From the NCBI GenBank assembly GCA_965223855.1, contig CBDCXM010000002.1, forward strand, positions 160,001 to 224,000: 64,000 nucleotides of DNA, read 5' to 3'. This document shows positions 56,336 through 64,000 of the stretch, piece after piece; the stretch's first letter is position 1, and every line of letters starts with the position of its first letter. The notes under the pieces were generated by a model. The model was given only the letters and a program-made list of their open reading frames with translations. It ran no database searches and was not told the DNA's origin. The stretch is from Candidatus Multivoradales bacterium. GTDB taxonomy: Bacteria; Acidobacteriota; Thermoanaerobaculia; Multivoradales; JAHEKO01. Both the position numbers and the translations under genes were made by a program.

Positions 56336-58666
56336 CTAGAGCTTCTTGACGTCGGCGATCACCGCGTCGCCGGCGTTGAAGGTCACCTTCTTCGGCCGCG
56401 AGGGAAGCGGGAACTCGAAAGTCTTGCGTGGCTGATCGACGAACAGGAGCAGCTCACCCTTCCTGTCCTTGCCGAAGTCGACCTCGAGCGGGATCCCCAT
56501 CCTGAATCCGGGGGCGACGTCCTCCTGTTCGACCTCCACCCGCAGGACCGTCTGCCCCTCGTGGCGGACGATCTCGTGGCGCCAGCGATACGTAGGGATC
56601 TCGGCGCCGTAGACCCACTGGTCGAAGAACCACGACCAGTCGGCCGGCACGTTGCGCTCGAGCGCCGCCTGGAAGTCCTCGGTGCTGGCGTAGCCGCCTG
56701 CGTTCGTGGCCACGAAATCGCGCAGGGTGGCGATGAAGGCGTCGTCCGACTTGGTCATCAGCCTCGTCATTGTACGGAGCATGTGCAGCACCATCGCCCC
56801 CTTGTAGTAGGCGAGAGTGGAGTAGGCGGTCGGGGCCTCCCCGACGCCGGCCCGGAAGCCGTGGCCGATCGGTCCCATCCGCTCCGCCCCCCGCGCCGAC
56901 AGCAACGCATAGCCGGGGCGGGCGAAGCTGCTGAACGCCGCCTCGAGGGAGCCACGGACCTCGTTGTTGTAGGCGGTGATCGCCTTCTGGAACTGGCGCG
57001 CGCCGTCGTCCATCGAGGCCTCGACGAACATCAGGGCGGTGTACTCGGCGAAGCCCTCGCTCAGCCACTGGTCGCGGTAGCTGTTCCAGCCGACGATGTG
57101 ACCCCACCACTGGTGACCGACTTCGTGGGCGCGAAAGCCCTCCACGGCGGCTGCCGAGTCGACGGCGGTGGTGAGCTCGGAGAGGTGGAGAAAGCCCGGG
57201 AAGGCCTGGCCGTGGCCGGCCGGAATCAGGGTGGCGAAGAACTGCTCGTCGGCTAGCGGCGAAGCGAGCAGGTTCTGCAGGAAGTTGGTGGCGTTGACCG
57301 TGTCACCCGCGACGTCGTCGATCCGCTCTTCGTTGAGGACTCGCCTGCCGTCGCTGAGGTCTCCGACGGTCACGATCCGCGGCAGACCTTCGAACTCCAG
57401 CTCCTTGCGGTAGCCGGTCTTCTGCATCGCGAAGGTGGCCATCTTGGCGGGACGGTCGATCTCCCAGACGCTGATCTTGCGGTCGCCTTCTTCACGGCTC
57501 TCGACCAGCGACCCCATCGACTGCAGGTCGTAGCGATCGTCGGTCGTGAAGGTGAAGCGGGCGGTGTGGCGATCCTTCAGGCCGTTGAAGTCCAGCAGGC
57601 CCGGGTACCACGAGCGGCCGGAGGCGTAGCGGGGGAGCGACAGCTCGTAGTAGACGGTGAGCGAGTAGCGCTCGCCGGCCGCGAGCGAACGTCCGGTCAG
57701 GACGATGAGATCGCTGGCGTAGACTTTCTTGTCGATCGTCGAGCTGCGAGAGCCGATGTGGTCGCGAACGAAGTCGAGCTCCTCCCCGGCGGTATCGACG
57801 ACCTTCTCGACCTTGGCACGCGACCGCAGGTAGAGGGGCACGGCCGTCAGCCCTTCGCGCAGGATCTCGACGTCGAGCCGTGCCTCGAACTTGCCGGCGA
57901 GCCTTCGAGGCGCCTGCGAATCGGTCTCCGAGAGGTCGCCGTCGAGATCGACGTGCTGGATGTCGAGTGGGGGGCGCTCGCGGCCGGAAGGTCTCCCATC
58001 TTCGCGACGGTCTTCTTCGCGGTCGAGCGAGAGCCAGCTCTCGACGTAACTGTGCTTGCGATTGAACTGCAGCACGGTCAGCTCCTCGCTGCGGGAGCTG
58101 TCGAAGGTGACCGTCACCCAGCCGTGCTCGCTGGTCTCGATCTCGGCGCGCCAGTAGAAGCCCTCGGGGTCTCCCAGGGCAGCGAGGATCCGAGCGTCGA
58201 TGTCGAGACGCCGCAACTCGAGCGCGTGCTCGTGTCGCTCGTCGTAGATCGCTTCGCGCTCTCCATCCGCCGGTGATGCGCCGAAGCTGGCGAACGGCGG
58301 CCCGCCCGAGGCACGCAGCACCATGCGCTCGAAGGTCAGTTCGAGTTCTTCGACCGCGGGGTCCCTCAGGAAGCGGCGAAGCTGTCGCAGCTCGACTCTG
58401 TCCGGCACCGGGATCGTCACCTTCCCGCGGCCGGAGAAGTAGAGGCCGGCCGGGCTCTCGCCGGGGCCGAGCTGGAGACGCACCGTCCCGGAGTCGAGCC
58501 GCCAGCGGGAGACGTCGACCTCCCACTCGATGCCGACGGACGGCACCGGGACTTCCGGACCGAGCTCGTGGCGGGTGAGGGTCTCGTAGGCGGCGAGGTC
58601 GAGCGTGCTCGAGGCAGCGGGCGCCGCGAGAAGTACCAGCAGCAGACAGCATAGATTTCGAGACAT
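56336..58666 (-). CDS. M1-like (gluzincin) metallopeptidase, secreted
   Basis: GQAFPG, AHEVGHQWWG...DQWLSEGFAEY, YYKGAMVLHMLR, WFFDQW. Confidence 0.88.
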   Translation of the reverse strand: MSRNLCCLLLVLLAAPAASSTLDLAAYETLTRHELGPEVPVPSVGIEWEVDVSRWRLDSGTVRLQLGPGESPAGLYFSGRGKVTIPVPDRVELRQLRRFLRDPAVEELELTFERMVLRASGGPPFASFGASPADGEREAIYDERHEHALELRRLDIDARILAALGDPEGFYWRAEIETSEHGWVTVTFDSSRSEELTVLQFNRKHSYVESWLSLDREEDRREDGRPSGRERPPLDIQHVDLDGDLSETDSQAPRRLAGKFEARLDVEILREGLTAVPLYLRSRAKVEKVVDTAGEELDFVRDHIGSRSSTIDKKVYASDLIVLTGRSLAAGERYSLTVYYELSLPRYASGRSWYPGLLDFNGLKDRHTARFTFTTDDRYDLQSMGSLVESREEGDRKISVWEIDRPAKMATFAMQKTGYRKELEFEGLPRIVTVGDLSDGRRVLNEERIDDVAGDTVNATNFLQNLLASPLADEQFFATLIPAGHGQAFPGFLHLSELTTAVDSAAAVEGFRAHEVGHQWWGHIVGWNSYRDQWLSEGFAEYTALMFVEASMDDGARQFQKAITAYNNEVRGSLEAAFSSFARPGYALLSARGAERMGPIGHGFRAGVGEAPTAYSTLAYYKGAMVLHMLRTMTRLMTKSDDAFIATLRDFVATNAGGYASTEDFQAALERNVPADWSWFFDQWVYGAEIPTYRWRHEIVRHEGQTVLRVEVEQEDVAPGFRMGIPLEVDFGKDRKGELLLFVDQPRKTFEFPLPSRPKKVTFNAGDAVIADVKKL

Positions 58667-58678
58667 GCATGGATTCTA

Positions 58679-58857
58679 GCCCGGGCTTCTCATGCCGGTG
58701 TGCTCTGGTAGGTTGTAGGTTGCTGGAGATACAAGGCTTCCGTTCGTGAGCACCACAGACATAGCCGTAGCTACGTCGAGGAGCGCAGCGAACGGAAAAC
58801 GAAGTAGATTCAGTGACATACGGCCTACCAGAGCGCGGTGGCGTGAGAAGTCCGGGC
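58679..58857 (+). ncRNA. Rod-shaped structured RNA with central bubble; 6S RNA (SsrS)-like candidate
   Basis: 58679-58727 pairs with 58809-58857 over ~49 positions (two mismatches, many G.U pairs on the + strand); purine-rich bubble 58728-58737/58798-58808; stem 58738-58747/58788-58797; apical TAGC-CGTA-GCTA hairpin. Confidence 0.55.
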
Positions 58858-58971
58858 CAGCCCGCACTTCTCCCGACGTCTCCGCAGCAGTCCCGAAGAA
58901 GGCGTCCTCCCGTGCCGTTCTCGCCTCTCGCAAGGGACCTGCTCCGGTCAGCACTTCGGCGCTTCCAGAGC

Positions 58972-58999
58972 TTGCAAAAGGGGCCGCGATCAGTACAAT
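58972..58999 (+). promoter_or_regulatory. Sigma70-type promoter of the rpsF-rpsR-rplI operon
   Basis: TTGCAA-16 nt-TACAAT. Confidence 0.65.
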
Positions 59000-59034
59000 T
59001 CCGCGTTCCGACAGCGGAGTCGTCCGGCTTCGCC

Positions 59035-59090
59035 CCATCCCGCACTTCCTGTTCCCGCCGAGGGGACTTCACAGCCATAGGGAGGCACCA
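59035..59090 (+). promoter_or_regulatory. Probable S6:S18 autoregulatory mRNA leader
   Basis: CTTCCT...CCC segment can pair with the GGGAGG RBS immediately upstream of rpsF; position typical of the S6:S18-binding leader. Confidence 0.45.
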
Positions 59091-59453
59091 TTGAGACTGT
59101 ACGAGTTGATGTTCGTCGTGGACCCTCGGGTTCCCGATGAGGAGGTCGTCGCTCTGACCGACGACGTCAAAGAGCTGCTCACCGAAGGTGGCGGCGAGAT
59201 CGCCAAAGAGCAGAGCTGGGGCAAGCGCAAGCTCGCCTACGAGATCAACAAGCTGACGGAGGGGAAGTACGTCCTGCTGCACGTCCGCGTGCCGGAGGGC
59301 AAGACTCCCTTCCCGTTGCTCGAGCAGCGCATGCAGCAGAACGAGAAGATTCTCCGATTCCTGACCGTGCGCACGGACGTGGGCCGCATGCGGATGCCGT
59401 TCGAGCCTGACCAGGCGCCTGAGCCGGCGGTTGCCGCAGGGAGTGAGAGCTGA
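59091..59453 (+). CDS. rpsF: 30S ribosomal protein S6
   Basis: TTG start after GGGAGG; [24 protein letters not shown]. Confidence 0.96.
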   Translation: MRLYELMFVVDPRVPDEEVVALTDDVKELLTEGGGEIAKEQSWGKRKLAYEINKLTEGKYVLLHVRVPEGKTPFPLLEQRMQQNEKILRFLTVRTDVGRMRMPFEPDQAPEPAVAAGSES

Positions 59454-59686
59454 TGCCTCGCAAGAAGGACAAGTACCCCCGCCGTCGCAAGGTGTGTCGC
59501 CTGTGTGCCGACAAGAAGACATCGGTCGACTACAAGGACACACGCTTCCTCCAGAACTACATCGTCGAGCGGTCGAAGATCCTCCCGCGGAGGATCTCCG
59601 GCAACTGCGCCCGCCACCAGAGGATGGTGCAGCAGGCGATCAAGCGCGCCCGTCACGTGGCACTGCTGGCGTACGTTTCGGACTGA
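59453..59686 (+). CDS. rpsR: 30S ribosomal protein S18 (Zn-binding type)
   Basis: [26 protein letters not shown]...IKRAR. Confidence 0.97.
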   Translation: MPRKKDKYPRRRKVCRLCADKKTSVDYKDTRFLQNYIVERSKILPRRISGNCARHQRMVQQAIKRARHVALLAYVSD

Positions 59687-59696
59687 GGAGACAGCC

Positions 59697-60143
59697 ATGC
59701 AACTCATTCTTCTCCGTGACGTGCGGAGCCTCGGCACCCGTGGCGATGTCGTCAACGTCAAGCCGGGCTACGCCCGCAACTACCTCATTCCCAAGGGCTA
59801 CGGCCTTCTCGCCACGCCGGCGAACGTCAACTACTACGAGCAGCAGAAGAAGAAGATCGACGCTCGCCACGTGGAGCAGCGAGACGCCGCTGCTGCGCGT
59901 GCCGCCGAGATGGCCGGAATCCACCTCGAGATCGCCAAGCGCGTCGGCGACTCCGAGACGCTCTACGGCTCGGTGACGCCGGCGGACGTCGAGGCTGCGC
60001 TCGCCGAGAAGGGGGTCGAGATCGACAAGCGTCGTCTCGATCTCGGAGGCGGGATCAAGACGCTGGGCGATCACGTCGTGCGGATCGATCTGCATCCCGA
60101 GGTGATCGCGGAAGTCCAGCTCACCGTCGTCGCGGAAGAGTAG
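59697..60143 (+). CDS. rplI: 50S ribosomal protein L9
   Basis: MQLILL.DV..LG..GDVVNVKPGYARNYLIP, LYGSVT, IKTLG, LHPEV. Confidence 0.97.
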   Translation: MQLILLRDVRSLGTRGDVVNVKPGYARNYLIPKGYGLLATPANVNYYEQQKKKIDARHVEQRDAAAARAAEMAGIHLEIAKRVGDSETLYGSVTPADVEAALAEKGVEIDKRRLDLGGGIKTLGDHVVRIDLHPEVIAEVQLTVVAEE

Positions 60144-60147
60144 TCGT

Positions 60148-60657
60148 TTGAGCGACGAGGCCGAGCGGGACCTGTCGCCGGGCCTCGAAGTCTTCGTCGA
60201 AGGTCGCACCGACGCCGCCGAGGACTGGCGCCGGCTCTGGGAGGGGGACCTCGAGTTCCCCATCCGCAGCGAGTCGGGCCTGCGCGGGCGCGTCGTGGTG
60301 GCGCTGAAGCGGCTGCTGCGACCGTTCGTCCGAGCTCCTCAGGCGGACCTGTGGGAGCGCCAGCGGGTGTTCAACCTCGTTATGGTGCGCTCCCTCGAGC
60401 GAATCGTCGCGCTGCAGACCCAGGCAGACGAGATCCACCGCGACCTGACCGAGGTCCGCGCCGACCTCCTGAAGGACATCAAGGAGCACCACCGCCGGCT
60501 GGCACATCTCGAAGAGTTCAAGCGCACCGGTCTCGGCGACTTCGCGCGTCACACCGACGGCCTCTTCGCGCACGTCGATCAGAAGCTCGACCGCTATCGC
60601 CGCGAAAGCCGGGAACTCGCGGAGAGGATCCGGTCGATGCTGCCCGACGACGGCTGA
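60148..60657 (+). CDS. Hypothetical coiled-coil protein
   Basis: GC3-biased ORF following rplI; G..VV.LKRLLRP...ERQR.FN pattern; helical. Confidence 0.65.
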   Translation: MSDEAERDLSPGLEVFVEGRTDAAEDWRRLWEGDLEFPIRSESGLRGRVVVALKRLLRPFVRAPQADLWERQRVFNLVMVRSLERIVALQTQADEIHRDLTEVRADLLKDIKEHHRRLAHLEEFKRTGLGDFARHTDGLFAHVDQKLDRYRRESRELAERIRSMLPDDG

Positions 60658-60660
60658 GGC

Positions 60661-63147
60661 TCAGCCGTCCGCCCAGGCTCGCTCGACGAGACTCCAGTCT
60701 TCGATGTCGTCGGGCATCCGCTCGCCGTCCTTGGGCAGATAGAAGGCTCGCTGCTGGAACCACGGCAGGCGGGCGATGCGCGCCCACTTGAGGTCGTAGT
60801 GCTGGGCCGGTTCGGTCCCGGTGAGGAACGCCTCGTCGACGATCTGCTCGGCGCCGGCTCCGGGCAGCAGCCCGGTGCGGTGCTCGATCGGCGCGAAGGA
60901 GATGCCGGCGGGAACCGCGAACCGCTCTCCCTTGGCGATCCACCCCTCCTCGAGCCCCGCCTCGACGAACGCCTGCCAGATCGGCAGCGCCGCCTCGGCT
61001 CCCGTCATGTTGGTGCCGATCCGTCGTTTCTGATCGTGGCCGACCCAGGTGACGATGGTGTAGCGCGGTGTGAAGCCGGCGAACCAGGCGTCGGTGAAGT
61101 CGTCGGTCGTGCCGGTCTTGCCCGCCAGATCGACGTCGAGGTTGCGCATCCGCTTGCCTGTGCCGCGATCGACGACCCCTTCGAGTATGTGGGTCAGCAG
61201 GTAGGCGATCTGCGGCTCCATCGCCTTGCTCGCCTGGGGGACGTGCTGTTCGAGGACGACATCGTTGCGATCGGTCACCCGCTCGATGAGGTAGGGCTCG
61301 AGCGCGATCCCCTGGTTGGCGATCGCCGCATACGCGGCGGCAACCTGCATCGGGCTGAGATCGGTCACGCCGAGGGCGAGCGATGCATACGGCTGGAGCT
61401 CCGCGTCGACGCCACAGCGGCGGGCGAAGTCGATCACCCGGTCACCGCCGATCAGGTCCTGTAGCTTGACCGCCGTTACGTTGTAGGAGAGTTCCAGCGC
61501 CTGGCGCAGAGTCGAGATGCCGTGGTACTCGCGGTAGAAGTTGCGCGGGCTGTAGCTCATCTGCCGGGTTGCGCCTGCGAAGACGACGGGGGCGTCGAAG
61601 ATGGTGTCGGCCGGCGTGAAGCCGGACTCTAGCGCGGCGCCGTAGACGAAAGGCTTGAAAGCCGAGCCGGTCTGGCGCTTCGCCTGGGTGGCGCGGTTGA
61701 ACTGCGTGCGACCGAAGTCCCACCCGCCGACCATCGCCCGCACGGCTCCGGTCGCCGACTCGATCACCACCGTCGCCGCCTCGAGATTCGGTTGCCGTTG
61801 CAGCTGGAGCACCGCCGGGGCCGCCCCTTCGGCGGACTCGAGGAGCGAGAACCAGCCGAGGTTCCCTCGCTCGACGACGTCGGACACGCGCGAGCGGCCG
61901 GTCCACTCGACTCCGGGCCGCGTCAGCTCGAAGGTGAAGGCTCCGGCCCGGACCGTCGCCGACTCGGGGGTCGCGTCGAGCACGAGTCCGCGAAACCAAT
62001 CGCCACCGGTGGGGTCGAGGCGGCTCCAGGTCGGATGTTCGTAGGTCTCGATCTCCGCCTCGGGAATGCTCTCCTCGACTCCGCGCCACCGCCGCAGACG
62101 CCGGTCGAGGGCGATGAGATGGTCGCGAGTCGCCTTCTCGGCGGCGCGCTGAAGGCGCGGATCGACCGTCGTCTCGACCTGCAGGCCGCGCTGCAGCAGC
62201 CGTTCGCTGCCGTAGCGCGCCTCCAGATCCCGCCGTATCTCCTCGGCGAAGAACGGCGCCACCTGCTCGCGGGCACGCCGCGGGAGCACCTCGAGCGGCG
62301 ACTGCTCCGCGATCGCGTGCTGCTCGGCAGTGAGGAAACCCTCTTCCAGCATCCGCCGCAGGACGTAGTTGCGCCGCTTCACCACCAGGTCGGGCCGGTT
62401 GTACGGGCTGTACGAGCTCGGCCGCTGGAGGATGCCGGCGAGGGTCGCCGCTTCGGTGGCGTCGAGCTCCGGCGCCCCCTTGCCGAAGAAGTCGCGCGCC
62501 GCGGCCTCGAAGCCGTAGTTGCCGTGCCCGAGGTACATCAGGTTGGCGTAGAGGGTGAGGATCTGCGGCTTGCTGTAGTTCTTCTCGATCTCGACGGTGA
62601 GGAGGGCCTCCTCGATCTTGCGTCGCCAGGTCTTTTCCGGAGTCAGATAGAGCTTGCGAGCGAGCTGCATCGTCAGAGTCGATCCGCCGACGCGGCTTCC
62701 CTCGAGAACGTTCTTGATGACAGACCGGAGCACGCCCTGGGGATCGACTCCGCCATGCTCGAAGAAGTTTGCGTCCTCCGCGGCCAGAATCGCCTGCTGC
62801 ACGGTCTCGGGCACTTCGCCCTCGGGGATCAGCTCGCGGCGCTCCTGAGCGTAGGAGGCGAACTCCTCGCCCTCCCGGTCGTAGAAGCGCGAGATCACTC
62901 CGAGCGCGACCTCGTCGAGGGTGTCGACCCGAGGCATACGAATGACCGCTGCGAAGGCGACCCCGCCGAGCGCCCCGATGGCGAGCACCACGAGCGGCAG
63001 CCACAGCGCCCGCCGAACTCGGCCGTCGGGGCGACGCCACCAGGCGTCGTCGCGCTGCTGCACTCGCGGCTGAACTACAGGTCGCGTCGGAGTCTCGGCG
63101 GCCGCTGCCTCCGATGGCGACGGGCGATCTGCAGGAGCGTCGGACAT
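60661..63147 (-). CDS. Class A penicillin-binding protein (PBP1A family)
   Basis: Transglycosylase AED..FF.HGG.D, GGSTLTMQL, RKIEE; transpeptidase SAFK, SYN, KTGT. Confidence 0.95.
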   Translation of the reverse strand: MSDAPADRPSPSEAAAAETPTRPVVQPRVQQRDDAWWRRPDGRVRRALWLPLVVLAIGALGGVAFAAVIRMPRVDTLDEVALGVISRFYDREGEEFASYAQERRELIPEGEVPETVQQAILAAEDANFFEHGGVDPQGVLRSVIKNVLEGSRVGGSTLTMQLARKLYLTPEKTWRRKIEEALLTVEIEKNYSKPQILTLYANLMYLGHGNYGFEAAARDFFGKGAPELDATEAATLAGILQRPSSYSPYNRPDLVVKRRNYVLRRMLEEGFLTAEQHAIAEQSPLEVLPRRAREQVAPFFAEEIRRDLEARYGSERLLQRGLQVETTVDPRLQRAAEKATRDHLIALDRRLRRWRGVEESIPEAEIETYEHPTWSRLDPTGGDWFRGLVLDATPESATVRAGAFTFELTRPGVEWTGRSRVSDVVERGNLGWFSLLESAEGAAPAVLQLQRQPNLEAATVVIESATGAVRAMVGGWDFGRTQFNRATQAKRQTGSAFKPFVYGAALESGFTPADTIFDAPVVFAGATRQMSYSPRNFYREYHGISTLRQALELSYNVTAVKLQDLIGGDRVIDFARRCGVDAELQPYASLALGVTDLSPMQVAAAYAAIANQGIALEPYLIERVTDRNDVVLEQHVPQASKAMEPQIAYLLTHILEGVVDRGTGKRMRNLDVDLAGKTGTTDDFTDAWFAGFTPRYTIVTWVGHDQKRRIGTNMTGAEAALPIWQAFVEAGLEEGWIAKGERFAVPAGISFAPIEHRTGLLPGAGAEQIVDEAFLTGTEPAQHYDLKWARIARLPWFQQRAFYLPKDGERMPDDIEDWSLVERAWADG

Positions 63148-63244
63148 GAGGCGATTATACGGGCGTCCGGTGGCCGCGATGCGTCGCCGCTGAAGGGCTC
63201 CAACGAGACGTTTTGTGCGGGTGGTATCGTCCTCGGGAAGCACG

Positions 63245-63700
63245 ATGAGCGAACCCCTGGAACCCCAGACCCCGTTCTCGCCCGAGGGGCCCAAGCGGGC
63301 CTCTCCCGGCTGCGGGCGGTGGGCCCTGATCGGCTGCGGCGGGCTCCTGCTGCTGCTGGCGATCGCCCTCGTCGCCTTCTTTCTCAACATCGAGAAGCTG
63401 ACGACCTGGAGCCTCGGGCTGTACGAGAGGCAGGTCATGGCGCGGCTGCCGGCCGACACGACCGACGACGAGGTGCGACGGATTCGCGACGGCTTCGCCG
63501 CCGTCAACCAGGCGGTCGCGGACAGGACGATCGACCCGATCGCGCTTCAGCGGTTGCCGCCCGTGGTGGCGCGGTTCGCCGGCCGCGAACGGCCGACCCG
63601 AGAAGACGTGGAGACCCTGATCGAGGTGCTCGAACAGGCATCGGGGATCGCCGACGTCTCGTCGACGCCGGGGCCAAGGCCCTGGCCGGCTTTCGCCTGA
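63245..63700 (+). CDS. Hypothetical single-pass membrane protein
   Basis: [12 protein letters not shown] + TM helix, followed by a helical domain. Confidence 0.7.
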   Translation: MSEPLEPQTPFSPEGPKRASPGCGRWALIGCGGLLLLLAIALVAFFLNIEKLTTWSLGLYERQVMARLPADTTDDEVRRIRDGFAAVNQAVADRTIDPIALQRLPPVVARFAGRERPTREDVETLIEVLEQASGIADVSSTPGPRPWPAFA

Positions 63701-63710
63701 GTCGCCCGTC

Positions 63711-64000
63711 TTGGATCGCTTCCAGCTCGTCTCACCGTTCGAGCCGCAGGGTGACCAGCCGGCGGCGATCGACCAGCTCGTGCGTGGGGTGCACGACGGT
63801 CTCGCCGAGCAGGTACTGCTCGGCGTCACCGGCTCGGGGAAGACGTTCACTATCGCGAAGGTGGTCGAGGCGATCAACCGGCCGACGATCGTGCTGTCGC
63901 ACAACAAGACGCTGGCGGCGCAGCTCTACCAGGAGTTCCGCAGCTTCTTCCCTGACAACGCGGTCGAGTACTTCGTCTCCTACTACGACTACTACCAGCC
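63711..64000 (+). CDS. uvrB: Excinuclease ABC subunit B (5' part, runs off window)
   Basis: TTG 63711: [17 protein letters not shown]...[12 protein letters not shown]...[13 protein letters not shown]...[12 protein letters not shown]. Confidence 0.97.
   Translation, partial: MDRFQLVSPFEPQGDQPAAIDQLVRGVHDGLAEQVLLGVTGSGKTFTIAKVVEAINRPTIVLSHNKTLAAQLYQEFRSFFPDNAVEYFVSYYDYYQ

Overview
High-GC (~68%) bacterial chromosome segment. The gene repertoire and order suggest Acidobacteriota (Thermoanaerobaculia-like); this is an inference. It is mostly housekeeping and peptide-scavenging genes: a complete Na+-NQR operon (nqrA-F, apbE, nqrM), fhs, LigD/Ku NHEJ, the TPR-lipoprotein-ispE-spoVG-tRNA-Gln-prs-rplY-pth cluster, a membrane pyrophosphatase, rpsF-rpsR-rplI, PBP1A, the start of uvrB, and many secreted peptidases and amidohydrolases. 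Several items are missed by the ORF track or not explained by it. (1) A minus-strand gene running off the left edge (<1..1505) encodes a tubulin-tyrosine-ligase-like ATP-grasp domain fused to a PqqD/RRE-like domain, a candidate peptide-modifying (RiPP-type) enzyme. (2) A RAYT-like HUH transposase has a 15-nt motif (AGGTGCCACACGAAT) that occurs 5 times in direct orientation and once inverted. Three of these copies lie in frame in apbE, all read as FVWHL, and one appears to replace normal residues without an indel. (3) An ArsC/Spx-family selenoprotein has an in-frame UGA and an fdhF-like SECIS. (4) A ~180-nt rod-shaped, G.U-rich, 6S-like RNA lies upstream of rpsF. No CRISPR array, rRNA or prophage was seen. 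All calls come from manual reading; no searches were run.
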